The position numbers were made by a program, and so were the translations under genes. This document shows positions 8,298 through 18,309 of a stretch of 64,000 nt of DNA, piece by piece (position 1 is the stretch's first letter; the number at the start of each line of letters is the position of its first letter). Source of the DNA: Ostreococcus lucimarinus. Taxonomy: Eukaryota. The notes below the pieces were generated by a model. That model had not been told where the DNA came from and searched no databases. It worked only from the letters and a program-made list of their open reading frames with translations. The DNA lies in assembly GCA_000092065.1 (NCBI GenBank), contig CP000593.1, one strand, 5' to 3'.

Positions 8298-10526
8298 ATG
8301 TTCGCGCGCTCGACGTCGACGGCGCACAGGCGCGGCGCGGGCATCATCCCGCCTCGCGTGCACGCGTTGGACACGAACGACGAAATCGCCGCGCGCGTCG
8401 ACGCGTGCGCGCGCGCGGTGCCGTCGAGCGACGCGAACGATGCGCTCGCGCTGTTCGGTCGCGCGCTCGAGCACTCGCCGGCGCTGAAACAGCGCGTGTT
8501 GAAGCTCGAACGAGAATTCACGAACGAAGGACGCCGGACGTACGACGCGCTCGCGGACGCGCTGGAGTCGGTGTCCGACGCCGACGTCGGGTGCGCGCAC
8601 AAGACGCGCGCGTTGGCGACGTGCGTGACGACCGGGAGCGGCGAGGGCGCGGACGCGATGCGGGAGGCGATGGAGGCGCTGTCGAGCGAACGCGAGCGGT
8701 TGGCGAATTTCACGAGAAACGCGCTGGCGAGCGAAAACGTGCGAAGAGCGACGGAAAAGGACGTCGGGGAGCTGCGCGAACGTCGTAAAGCGGTGGATGC
8801 GGCGAAGAAGGAGTACGATGGGGTGCGACAGCGATATATGAAGACGACGGGAGGGGAGGAAGAGTTGCGCGCGGCGAAACTGTCGTTTGAGCGCGCGCGA
8901 CGGGATTTGCTCGTAGCGCTGCAACGAGTGAATGTGGCGAAGCACACGCGCACGAAACGGTGCGCCGTAGACTTAATCGACGCGCAGTTGGATTACTTTC
9001 GTCGGGGGGTGGAAATATTGACTCGCCTCTCGCCCACGCTGGATATTTTGAGAAAGGACGTCGCGGCGGCGGAGGCCGAGGGCGCGGACTTAGAGGCGGC
9101 GTTGAACGAGGAAATGGAAAAGCTGATGGCGCGGTGCGATGACGAAGCGCAATCGACATCGGACGCACTGTCGATGGTAAGTGACCGCGCGAGAGAGATG
9201 AGCGCGCAGATGGCGTCGTCCGCCGCGGGATACGGGTCCTCTCAAAACGAAGCGTTGATGCAAGGATATTTATTGAAGCGATCGAGCGGGAAAATTCAAG
9301 ATTGGAAGCGGCGATTCTTCGTTTTGGATGCGCGCGGATCGCTGACGTACACGAAATCGCTTTCGTCCAATCCGAGGAAAGCGCTCGGCGGGAAGTTGTT
9401 ATCGCTCGGGTCGATGCGAAATAAGTCGTCAAACGCGCCTTCGACGCAGACGACTGGCGGAGGAGAGGTACGCGAGACGGTATCTTTGCTCACGGCGACG
9501 ATTAAACCCGACTTGGACGACGACTCGAACGCGCGTTTCGCGTTTCGCATCGTTTCTCCCGAAAAGACGTATTATTTACGCTGCGAAAGCAACGCGGAGC
9601 GAAGCAAATGGATGGAAGCTATCACGACCGCGATCGCGAGTTTATTAAATTCGAGCGTGAACGAAACAATCCTGGCAGAGCACGAAGCGAGCGTGAACAA
9701 ATACGGGAGCAAGCATTCGCGGACGATGTCGTCGATCTCGAGCGTCTCCGCGTACGACGGTCCGCCACCCTTGACGGTGCTCGGCGCCGTGCCCGGCAAC
9801 GGATTCTGCGCCGATTGCGACATGCCAGAGCCGGATTGGGCGAGTCTTAACCTCGGTATCATGCTTTGCTTGCAATGCAGCGGCGTTCATAGGCAGTTGG
9901 GCGTGCAGGTGAGCAAAGTTCGGAGCGCAACGCTCGACGTGCGCGCGTGGGAGCCAAGCGTGTTGGAATTTTTCTCGCGCTGGGGCAACGCCCAATCGAA
10001 CGCGCGTTGGGAGTACGAAAAAGCCGAAGTCGAGGCGAAAAAACCCAACAAGAATTCGTCGCTCGAATCTCGAAAGGCTTTCATACTCTCAAAGTACGTC
10101 GCCAAGGCGTTTTGCCGTCGCGAGGCGCAACCGACCGAGTCGCAGCTCTTGACGGCGATCAACTCCAACTCGCTACCAGCCGTCATGGATTTACTCCTCA
10201 AAGGCCCGCACATCAAGATGCACTGGGTCATGCTCACCGCCGCTTGCGACTGCGGTGATGCTTCCATCGCCATCCTCGAAGCTCTGCTGCACCACAACGT
10301 CGACGTGAACGCTCGAGAGAATCCGTACACCGAGGACACCGCGCTCCACTACGCCGCACGAAGAGGCCGAGACGCCTTCGCCAAGGTTCTACTCCGTCGC
10401 GGTGCCGACCCGCGCGTCCTCAACGGGCGCGGTCAGACCGCTTTCGACGTCGCCGTGGACGTTCACGGCGCGATTCGCGACGAGGATTTACTCATCATGC
10501 TCAGCGCCGCGCAAGACGACGACTAG
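8298..10526 (+). CDS. ArfGAP protein of the BAR-PH-ArfGAP-ankyrin class (plant AGD1-4/ACAP-like)
   Basis: ArfGAP zinc finger CADCDMPEPDWASLNLGIMLCLQCSGVHRQLGVQVSKVRSATLD…W. Upstream PH domain (GYLLKRSS…WKRRFFVLD) and N-terminal coiled-coil/BAR region. C-terminal ankyrin repeats (ALHYAARRGRDAFAKVLLRRGADP). Confidence 0.85.
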   Translation: MFARSTSTAHRRGAGIIPPRVHALDTNDEIAARVDACARAVPSSDANDALALFGRALEHSPALKQRVLKLEREFTNEGRRTYDALADALESVSDADVGCAHKTRALATCVTTGSGEGADAMREAMEALSSERERLANFTRNALASENVRRATEKDVGELRERRKAVDAAKKEYDGVRQRYMKTTGGEEELRAAKLSFERARRDLLVALQRVNVAKHTRTKRCAVDLIDAQLDYFRRGVEILTRLSPTLDILRKDVAAAEAEGADLEAALNEEMEKLMARCDDEAQSTSDALSMVSDRAREMSAQMASSAAGYGSSQNEALMQGYLLKRSSGKIQDWKRRFFVLDARGSLTYTKSLSSNPRKALGGKLLSLGSMRNKSSNAPSTQTTGGGEVRETVSLLTATIKPDLDDDSNARFAFRIVSPEKTYYLRCESNAERSKWMEAITTAIASLLNSSVNETILAEHEASVNKYGSKHSRTMSSISSVSAYDGPPPLTVLGAVPGNGFCADCDMPEPDWASLNLGIMLCLQCSGVHRQLGVQVSKVRSATLDVRAWEPSVLEFFSRWGNAQSNARWEYEKAEVEAKKPNKNSSLESRKAFILSKYVAKAFCRREAQPTESQLLTAINSNSLPAVMDLLLKGPHIKMHWVMLTAACDCGDASIAILEALLHHNVDVNARENPYTEDTALHYAARRGRDAFAKVLLRRGADPRVLNGRGQTAFDVAVDVHGAIRDEDLLIMLSAAQDDD

Positions 10527-10723
10527 CCCTTGTAACGCTCGCGCCCGCGCACCACTAGGGCTGTGCTAGGTCATCGTCGAACCTCATTCGCGCGCGCGTC
10601 GCGAACGCCGTCGCGAACGCACGCGCACGCACGAGCGCACGCAGGAAACGAACGGCATCGTCGACGACGTCGTGACGACCGCGACGGCGACGGCGCGCGA
10701 CGAACGGCGCGTCGACGATCGCC

Positions 10724-12559
10724 ATGGGCAAAAAGAACAAAGACGAGGACCCGAACGAAAAGCTCGATCGCATCGCCATCGTCAACGGCGAGCGGTGCCG
10801 ACCGAAAAAATGCAAACAAGAGTGTAAGCGATCGTGCCCGGTGGTGAAGGTCGGAAAGTTGTGCATCGAGGTCGGACCGAAGGATAAGATTGCGTTTCTG
10901 AGCGAGGAGTTGTGCATCGGATGCGGGATTTGCGTGAAGAAGTGCCCGTTTGAAGCGCTGACGATCATCAATCTGCCGAAGAATTTGGAGCGAGAGACGA
11001 CGCATAGATATGGGCCGAACACGTTTAAGTTGCATCGGTTGCCGACGCCGCGCGCGGGACAGGTGCTCGGGTTGGTGGGCACAAACGGGATCGGCAAGTC
11101 GACGGCGCTGAAAATTTTGGCGGGGAAATTGAAGCCGAATCTTGGGAATTTCACGAAACCGCCCGAGTGGAGCGATATTCTCGCGCACTTCCGCGGGTCG
11201 GAGTTGCAAAACTATCTGACGAAGATTTTGGAGGATGACATGAAGGCGTTGATTAAGCCGCAGTACGTCGATAACATTCCGAAAGCCGTCAAGGGAGAAG
11301 TCGAGCAATGCTTGAACGATAGAAACGAGTTGGACAACTTGGAATTTCTCAAGGACCAATTGGACTTGGAGAATGTCATGCAGCGTCAGGTGGCGCAGTT
11401 ATCTGGGGGGGAGCTTCAGCGGTTCGCCACCGCGATCATCGCGTGCCAAAAGGCAGACATTTATATGTTTGACGAGCCGTCGTCGTACTTAGACGTCAAG
11501 CAACGTTTGAAGGCGTCTCGGGTGATTCGTTCTTTGTTAAAGAACGATACGTACGTCATCGTCGTCGAGCACGATTTGTCCGTGCTCGATTACTTGTCCG
11601 ACTTCATTTGCTGCCTGTACGGGAAGCCCGGGGCGTACGGCGTCGTCACCATGCCCTTCTCTGTTCGCGAAGGCATCAACATTTTCCTCGCCGGTTTTGT
11701 GCCGACGGAGAACTTGCGTTTCCGCGACGAGGCGCTCACGTTCAAAGTCGCGGGCGCGGATAGTGGGATGGAGATTACCGACAAACATTTTTCGCGATAC
11801 GAATACCCGGCGTTGGTGAAGACGCAGGGCGATTTCAAACTCAACGTCGAGTCCGGTGAGTTCACCGATAGCGAAATTGTCGTGTTGCTCGGGGAGAACG
11901 GTACGGGTAAGACGACTTTTATTCGCCTTATCGCCGGCTTGATTCAACCGGACGACGAAGAACTCGAACTTCCGGAGTTCAACGTGTCGTACAAGCCTCA
12001 AAAGATTTCCCCGAAGTTCCCGGGCACCGTGCGCGAGTTGCTTCACAAGAAGATTCGCGACTCTTACATGCACCCTCAGTTCGTTTCGGACGTTATGAAG
12101 CCTATGAACATCGATCCGTTGATGGACCAAGCGGTGCAAAACCTCTCCGGTGGTGAATTGCAACGCGTGGCGTTGGCGATGTGCATGGGTACGCCCGCGG
12201 ACATTTACCTCATCGACGAACCGTCGGCGTATTTGGATTCCGAGCAACGTGTGTGGGCGTCTAAGGTTATCAAGCGCTTCATCTTGCACGCCAAAAAGGT
12301 GGCTTTTATCGTGGAGCACGATTTCATCATGGCCACGTACCTCGCGGACAAGGTTGTGGTGTACTCTGGCGTCCCCGCCATCGAAGCGACGGCGCACGCG
12401 CCGCAGTCTTTGTTGACGGGTATGAACATGTTCCTGAAGGCGTTGGAGATTACGTTTCGACGCGATCCCACGAACTACCGTCCGCGCATTAACAAGTACC
12501 AGTCCCAGCTCGACAGCGAACAAAAGGCGGCGAACTGCTACTACTTGCTCGACGAGTAA
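10724..12559 (+). CDS. ABCE1: ABCE1 / RNase L inhibitor (RLI1) ribosome-recycling ATPase
   Basis: The N-terminal 4Fe-4S cluster domain ([15 protein letters not shown]…[15 protein letters not shown]) and two ABC NBDs ([20 protein letters not shown] x2) are near-identical to eukaryotic ABCE1. 611 aa. Confidence 0.95.
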   Translation: MGKKNKDEDPNEKLDRIAIVNGERCRPKKCKQECKRSCPVVKVGKLCIEVGPKDKIAFLSEELCIGCGICVKKCPFEALTIINLPKNLERETTHRYGPNTFKLHRLPTPRAGQVLGLVGTNGIGKSTALKILAGKLKPNLGNFTKPPEWSDILAHFRGSELQNYLTKILEDDMKALIKPQYVDNIPKAVKGEVEQCLNDRNELDNLEFLKDQLDLENVMQRQVAQLSGGELQRFATAIIACQKADIYMFDEPSSYLDVKQRLKASRVIRSLLKNDTYVIVVEHDLSVLDYLSDFICCLYGKPGAYGVVTMPFSVREGINIFLAGFVPTENLRFRDEALTFKVAGADSGMEITDKHFSRYEYPALVKTQGDFKLNVESGEFTDSEIVVLLGENGTGKTTFIRLIAGLIQPDDEELELPEFNVSYKPQKISPKFPGTVRELLHKKIRDSYMHPQFVSDVMKPMNIDPLMDQAVQNLSGGELQRVALAMCMGTPADIYLIDEPSAYLDSEQRVWASKVIKRFILHAKKVAFIVEHDFIMATYLADKVVVYSGVPAIEATAHAPQSLLTGMNMFLKALEITFRRDPTNYRPRINKYQSQLDSEQKAANCYYLLDE

Positions 12560-12679
12560 GCGTCTCGTCTCGATTCACTTCAGTAGCCTTAGCGTAGATC
12601 GTGTCAATGTCGTCATGTTTTGTGTCATTGGTCTCATCATCACATCAGTGTTTCGTCTTCTAAGTCATCTAATCGTATT

Positions 12680-14248
12680 CTAATGCGTGGCGCTGCGTAT
12701 CGTCTTGTTGAGAAGTTTCACCTGGCGCGCTTTACTCTCGACGCGCTCTTGCGCGTCCTCGAGCGCCTTGGCGAGAAATTCTCCCTCGGCGCCCGAGCTC
12801 CCGCCGATTTCTCGCGCGATGGATTCGTGCTCGACGCGTAGCTTGGAGAGCTCGTTTTGTAACTCGCGATGGATGTGCTGGATGTCGCGAGTATCAAATT
12901 TTGCAGGTTTACCGCGCGATCTCTCGCTCGCGGGCGACGGCGTGTTGACGCTCATCTCCGCCCCGGGCTCGCGAACGACGTCGAGTTCCTCATCCAACAC
13001 GAAAGGTTCGCCGTCTATGATGCGACGCGTGAGCTTTGCGTTGATTTCCCCGACGGCATGCAAATTTGTGCGTAGCTGTGCGCACTCGCGTTCGGTATCG
13101 GCCGACGCCGCGGCGATTTCTTTCAATTTCATCAGCGCGTTGCGAGAAACGTTCTCGGCTCTCGTCGCTGTGGACTCCATGCGAGCCACGCGCTCGTTCG
13201 CCTCCTTCACACTTTTCCTAGCCGATTCAATCATCTCATTCGCACGCTCTCGCGCGCGAGCTAGTTCATCATCAAACGTCTCTCGTAAAGCATCGACGCG
13301 ACTCGCCATCCCGCGTTCAACGATTTCGTGCTGCGCCGCGAGCTCTTCGTTGAGCTGCCGCACCGCGTTCGCCATCTCCGTCGACCTCGTCTCCATCATT
13401 CGCCGCAGAGCCATGGTCTCATTTTCACTCTTCGTCAATTGCTCTCTGAGCGCATCCTGCGCGATTTTCCCAGCGCTGTGCGCTTCCACCACTTTGACGC
13501 GTTCCGCCGCCAACATGGATTCAAAGTCGCGAAACCGCCGTCTGTCCGCTTCGAGCTCGACGCGCTCCTCCTCCAACCGCGCCCGCACCGCTCGCTCGCG
13601 CTCGAGCTCATTCAAAAACTGTCTCTCCTTCGCCTCGTATTCATCCCGCATCGCCTTCACCGCTCGCTCCATCTTCGACGCCCGCTTCTCCGCGCTCTCT
13701 CGCTTGCGTCGCTCGCCGTCCAGCGCGCCTCGCGCCGCCGCACGTTCAATCTCCGCGTTCTCCGCGTTCGCCGCCAACTCTCCTCGAAACGCGCGACATT
13801 CCACATCCAGCGCGTCTCTTTCGCGATTTCCCTCCTCCACCGCGCGTCGTAACGACCGAATCTCCGCCTCCGCGCTCGCGTTCGCGTTTGAATTCAACTC
13901 TGACAGCCGCCGCGTCCTCGTCAACTCATTTTCCATCTCCTCTCGCACCGCCGCCGCCTCTCGCGCGTCCTCGCGCGCTCGAAACAATTCTCTCTTTATC
14001 TCCTCGTACGTTCCGTGCGCGTGCTCGAGATCGCGCGTGAGCGCCTCGCATCGCGATTTCCAAATCGTCACCAGCGCCGTCGCCGTGTCGCGATTTTCTC
14101 TGCGCGCGCGCGCGACGACGTCCTCCTCGCGCGCGCGCGCGTCGTTCGAGACAACCATCGACCGTCGCTCGCGTCGCGCGCGCGCGAGGGTCGCGCGTCG
14201 CGTCGCGCGCGCCTCGATGTCTCGTTCGTCGCCGCATTTCACGAACAT
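12680..14248 (-). CDS. long coiled-coil protein of unknown function
   Basis: Continuous heptad-like E/R/A/L-rich sequence (…ELERERAVRARLEEERVELEADRRRFRDFESMLAAERVKV…) with a non-repetitive C-terminus. The most plausible ATG is the MFVKCGDE codon near 14248; the track ORF extends to 14353. Start uncertain. Confidence 0.5.
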   Translation of the reverse strand: MFVKCGDERDIEARATRRATLARARRERRSMVVSNDARAREEDVVARARRENRDTATALVTIWKSRCEALTRDLEHAHGTYEEIKRELFRAREDAREAAAVREEMENELTRTRRLSELNSNANASAEAEIRSLRRAVEEGNRERDALDVECRAFRGELAANAENAEIERAAARGALDGERRKRESAEKRASKMERAVKAMRDEYEAKERQFLNELERERAVRARLEEERVELEADRRRFRDFESMLAAERVKVVEAHSAGKIAQDALREQLTKSENETMALRRMMETRSTEMANAVRQLNEELAAQHEIVERGMASRVDALRETFDDELARARERANEMIESARKSVKEANERVARMESTATRAENVSRNALMKLKEIAAASADTERECAQLRTNLHAVGEINAKLTRRIIDGEPFVLDEELDVVREPGAEMSVNTPSPASERSRGKPAKFDTRDIQHIHRELQNELSKLRVEHESIAREIGGSSGAEGEFLAKALEDAQERVESKARQVKLLNKTIRSATH

Positions 14249-14402
14249 TCGTCGGCCGCATTCCGCGACGAACGACGCCCTGCGCGCGCCTCGACGCCGC
14301 GCGCAGGGCGTTCGAGCGCGCGCGAGACGCCGCGCGCGCCTCGCGCGCGTCACCGCGCGCGTCGAAGGCGACGCTCGGACGCGCGAGGCGATCGCGACGG
14401 CG

Positions 14403-15386
14403 ATGATGGCGCGAACGGCCGCGCGACGATCGACGGCGCGCGTCGCGCGCGGGGCGACGCGCGCGACGAACGCGAGGCGACAGGCGCGGGCGATCGCGCG
14501 GCGACGCGTCGCGGTGACGCGCGCGAGCGAGGCGAGCGACGACGCGATGAGGGACGAGGCGAGCGGGTACGAGAAGCGCGCGGCGGAGAGCGCGGCGGCG
14601 GGCGTGGAGGAGAAACGACCGCCGCGAGGCGGGGACGCCCCGGCGCCGGGATCGTGGTCGTGGACGCTGAATTGGGATCACGTGATGTTCGATACGCGGG
14701 GAAGGGTGATCGAGGAACCGACGAAGGAGGACATGGCGCGCGCGCGGGTGCTCATCGGGTCGTGCCCGCGAAACGCGGAGGACGTGGACCGGTTGGTCGA
14801 CGAAGCGGGAGTGGAGGCGATCGTGTGCTTGCAGTGCTCGTTGTGTCACGCGGCGATGGAGATCGATTGGCAGAGCGTGCGAAGGCGAGCGATCGAACGA
14901 GGAGTGATGATCGTGCAGGTGAACGTGCGCGATTTCGATCGACTGGACCAGGCGAAGATGTTACCCGAGGCGGTGCGGAAGTTGGCGGCGTTTCAAGCGA
15001 TGGGTAAGCGCACGTACGTGCACTGCACGGCGGGGATCAATCGCGCATCGCTCACCGTGGTCGGTTATTTGACCTTTGTCAAGATGTTTGATTTGGAAGC
15101 GGCGCTGCACGCCGTGCGCACGTCGCGTCCGCAGGCGAACCCGTACGTGGTTTCCTGGGAAATCGCGCGCGCTCGTTTGCTGGCGCATAGGCTTGAGGAT
15201 ATTTATCTGTACTCGCAAGTCGACGCTGGTGGTAACACTATCGATGACGGTGGTGACTGGATCAAGCGCGACCTCGAGCGCGCGGAGAAGGGCGTCATCG
15301 CCGAAGTCTTCAAACGCGCCATCGACACCGATTTGTCCATGTACGGAGCGCTCATCGAAGGGGACTACCAACAACAGCGTCACTGA
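14403..15386 (+). CDS. dual-specificity phosphatase, SEX4/LSF2-like phosphoglucan phosphatase without a CBM, with N-terminal transit-peptide-like region
   Basis: The DSP active site VHCTAGINRAS (HCxxGxxRS) and following helix resemble plant SEX4/LSF2. R/A/T-rich N-terminus (MMARTAARRSTARVARGATRATNARR). No carbohydrate-binding module seen. This is the 3-prime part of track ORF 12687..15386, whose 5-prime half is antisense to the coiled-coil gene. Confidence 0.75.
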   Translation: MMARTAARRSTARVARGATRATNARRQARAIARRRVAVTRASEASDDAMRDEASGYEKRAAESAAAGVEEKRPPRGGDAPAPGSWSWTLNWDHVMFDTRGRVIEEPTKEDMARARVLIGSCPRNAEDVDRLVDEAGVEAIVCLQCSLCHAAMEIDWQSVRRRAIERGVMIVQVNVRDFDRLDQAKMLPEAVRKLAAFQAMGKRTYVHCTAGINRASLTVVGYLTFVKMFDLEAALHAVRTSRPQANPYVVSWEIARARLLAHRLEDIYLYSQVDAGGNTIDDGGDWIKRDLERAEKGVIAEVFKRAIDTDLSMYGALIEGDYQQQRH

Positions 15387-15462
15387 CGATGGGATCAAGA
15401 ATATAGACGTTAGTAGTTTACTGTTGTACATCATCGAAACAGAACGTAGGGTCTAACTAAAA

Positions 15463-17880
15463 CTATCCGTTGAGCATGGCCTCGAGATCGATGTCGTTCT
15501 TCGACAACGTCTTGGCGCCGCCGAGCTTCATCGGCGGCGGTTTGGCGCCTCCCATCGAGCGCACGCCGCCCCCGAGCGATCCACTCGACGGTGGACGGCG
15601 CACACCACCGATACTAGCGTGGCCGGTCGCCCCCATCGACCGCGCACCGCTGAATCCCGACGACGCGCGCGGCGCCTGGGACGGCGGCTTCGCCGACGGT
15701 TTCGGCGGCGCCGGAGCGCTCATGTCCTCGAACAGGTCGTCGTCACCCCAACCATCGCTCTCGTGACTGGCCACTTTGGGTATGGATGTTTTCATCGGCG
15801 CTCGCGCGCTCGAACCCGCGCGTGAGTTCAATCGCGCGCGGGCGGCTTCTTCCGCGGGATCGACGACGTCTAAATCGCCCCATCCGTCGTCGTCGTCGTC
15901 CTCCAAGTCTTCGTTCCCCATGGACAGCGCGCTCACCTTTTGTGCCGCCGCCTCGATCGTTCGGCGACTCGAGTCGTACGCGTTTGATGTCATGGCTTTC
16001 GCAGGCGATGGTCCAAGAGACGTCGCCGGCGTGTTTTGCGTCGAAGTTCGCGGGCTCTCGCCGTACAACTTCGGCGGCGGCGCCGCCGAACTGAATGATT
16101 TCGCCATCAATCGTTCATTCTGAAGATCAACCGGTTCGTGCGCGTCATCTGGTCCGCCTATTTTCGTCGCTGCCATGTTCACAGCCCACGAAAGCATGTT
16201 TGCCGCGCGTTTAGCCGCGTTCGCGTGCCCTTTCTGTTGTTGCGCCTCGACGTGCGCCGCCGCCGCTTCGGGGCCGAGTTCGAGCGCCTCTGAGTGCCCT
16301 TTTAACCCTTGCACGTACAACTCAAGTACGGTGAACGCGCGCGTTCGCACGTCTTTTTCGATGTCCGTCATGAGCGGCGCGAGCGCTGGGATCAACCGCT
16401 GGCTCACTTCTAACGGTTCATAATATTGCGTCGTGTGCTCGAGCGCCATGAGACCCGCCAGTCGCGCGGGCGGAAATCCATCCTTGAGCGATCTTGTGAA
16501 CGCGTTCAGCAACACCCGCTTCGCCGTCGCTTGACTCAAATACTTTGCGATGTTTCCTAGGCAAATCGTCGTGTTGGCGCGAATCGCCGGATCTTCATCA
16601 ATCTGCAACTTGCTCAAATGCCTCAAAAGCGACGCCGTGATGACGCGCTCGGAGAGTCGCGGCACCAACGTCAGCGCCCCCTTCAGCGTCATCTCGCGCA
16701 CGTTGGAGTCGTTGTGCGCGAAGCCGGTCTGTAGACGTTCGTACAACGGATCATCCATCATGGCATCCGGCACGTGGTCGGCATATCGCGTCAAATTTTC
16801 CAACAAATCCAGTCGAATCATCTTATCCGGCGCCTCGTAAAGCTTCATGACCGTCGGGATGACGAGTTTTTGATACTGATCGCGCGGAACCTCCTCTGCG
16901 GCGAGGAGCATGGGTAAGATGGCTTGATGCGGCGCTTGATTAAACGACAGCGCGTCGCACAACATGGGTAAGATTTTCTTTTGCACGGGCGCCTGGGCGA
17001 GTTGCTCCAACACGCGCGGCAGGTGGCCGAAGAATCGTTCCTTTTCAATCGAATCCTTCAACGCCAAGTTGTTGATGAACGTGATCGTCTCCACGAGCTT
17101 GTTCGAAAACGCCTCTTTGTTCTCGATGAGCTTCTTCGGGTTGTACCGTCGCGCAGGTTGCGAGCCGAGAAGACGCTGATAATCCTTCAGCAGCGACTTT
17201 GGGATTTGATCAATCTCGCGCAACTGGTCCGTCCCGCGCAGAGCGCCGCCGCTGTACACCTCCTGAATCAAGCATCCCAACCCCCACGCGTCGATCGCCC
17301 ACGGCGGCCCTTCGGGAATGATCACCCAGTCTCCCCTTCTGTACTCCTCCGGCTTGTATTGATCCGGCACCAGATACGCCCCGCGAATGAGCGCCGCGTC
17401 CCCGTTCACCCCGTGTCCGATGCTCTCCAGCTCGCTGCACAGATCGAACCCGTGTAACTTCCAGTCTAACCGCTCCGTCACCACCACCGCGCTCAGCCCG
17501 ACCCCCCCGTGCACGAGCTTACAATCGTTGCTCAAGAACGCCACCGCCGTCGCGATTTCCCGCACCCCGAGCGAAAAATAATCATCCCTCTGCCCGTTCC
17601 CCCCCCCCCCGATCGGCGCCTCCCGCAGGTGCGCCTCCAGCGGCGTCACCGCCTCCGTCACGACGTGTATCGTCAGCTCGTTCCCGCTCTCGATCTCGAT
17701 CACGTCCTTCACCAGCAGCACGTTTGGGTGTCGAAGCGTCTTCATCCGTCGCGCCCCGTTCTTCGCCAGCCTCACCCGCTGTTGATCGCGATTCACGTCC
17801 GCGTGAAACGTGAATATCGAGTGTTCCTCTCCCGTCTCCTGCGCGCGTTTCCTTTCGTCAATCATCGTCATCAGACGCAT
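15463..17880 (-). CDS. SCY1-like pseudokinase (SCYL1/NTKL) with kinase-like domain and HEAT repeats
   Basis: Kinase-like N-terminus (TLRHPNVLLVKDVIE…LTIHVVTEAVTPLEAHL; pseudokinase-like, no canonical catalytic motifs seen). HEAT repeats follow, then a Pro/Ser-rich C-terminus. Layout matches SCYL1. ATG at 17880. Confidence 0.85.
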   Translation of the reverse strand: MRLMTMIDERKRAQETGEEHSIFTFHADVNRDQQRVRLAKNGARRMKTLRHPNVLLVKDVIEIESGNELTIHVVTEAVTPLEAHLREAPIGGGGNGQRDDYFSLGVREIATAVAFLSNDCKLVHGGVGLSAVVVTERLDWKLHGFDLCSELESIGHGVNGDAALIRGAYLVPDQYKPEEYRRGDWVIIPEGPPWAIDAWGLGCLIQEVYSGGALRGTDQLREIDQIPKSLLKDYQRLLGSQPARRYNPKKLIENKEAFSNKLVETITFINNLALKDSIEKERFFGHLPRVLEQLAQAPVQKKILPMLCDALSFNQAPHQAILPMLLAAEEVPRDQYQKLVIPTVMKLYEAPDKMIRLDLLENLTRYADHVPDAMMDDPLYERLQTGFAHNDSNVREMTLKGALTLVPRLSERVITASLLRHLSKLQIDEDPAIRANTTICLGNIAKYLSQATAKRVLLNAFTRSLKDGFPPARLAGLMALEHTTQYYEPLEVSQRLIPALAPLMTDIEKDVRTRAFTVLELYVQGLKGHSEALELGPEAAAAHVEAQQQKGHANAAKRAANMLSWAVNMAATKIGGPDDAHEPVDLQNERLMAKSFSSAAPPPKLYGESPRTSTQNTPATSLGPSPAKAMTSNAYDSSRRTIEAAAQKVSALSMGNEDLEDDDDDGWGDLDVVDPAEEAARARLNSRAGSSARAPMKTSIPKVASHESDGWGDDDLFEDMSAPAPPKPSAKPPSQAPRASSGFSGARSMGATGHASIGGVRRPPSSGSLGGGVRSMGGAKPPPMKLGGAKTLSKNDIDLEAMLNG

Positions 17881-17926
17881 TCATTCATTCATTCATTCAT
17901 TCATTCATTCATTCATTCACTCATCC
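17878..17926. repeat. (CATT)n tetranucleotide microsatellite, about 10 perfect units plus a degenerate tail; equals (AATG)n on the minus strand
   Basis: Read directly: cattcattcatt… It abuts the SCYL1 start codon on the minus strand (…GAATGAATGAATGCGTCTGATG…). Lies between divergent SCYL1 (-) and ARID-PHD (+) genes. Confidence 0.9.
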
Positions 17927-18182
17927 TTCGCGTCGCGTCGCGTTCGTTCGTCGCACCTGGCACGTCCCGCGTCGGTGCGTCCACACGCCGAACGCGCGAC
18001 ACGCGAACTCGCGCCCGAGGTCGTACTTCAGCCTCGGTCCGCTCGCGAACAGGCTTCCGAGCGTGCCGAACATCGGATTCGACGCCTCGATCGGCGCGCC
18101 GATGTGACGCGCGCGCGCGTCGAATCGCGACGCCATCGCGCGACGACGACGCGCGTCGCGCGTCGCGTCGGCGACGACGACG

Positions 18183-18272
18183 ATGGACGCCGCGACGCGC
18201 GACGACGACGCGCGACGCGCGGGCGCGACGACGACCGCGATCGACGGCGACGACGACGACGACGGGACGCGC

Positions 18273-18309
<37 letters not shown>

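Noticed and set aside
7450-8953. ORFs 7450..8487(+), 7649..8953(-), 7790..8788(+), 8070..8945(-) overlapping importin-4 and ArfGAP genes
   Set aside because: They are antisense or out of frame to two genes with clear homology. Arg/Ser-rich low-complexity translation.
12687-14400. 5-prime half of track ORF 12687..15386 (Ser/Ala/Arg-rich, 570 aa)
   Set aside because: It is exactly antisense to the coiled-coil gene 12680..14248 (GAG/GCG codons read as CTC/CGC). The real phosphatase gene begins at the ATG near 14403.
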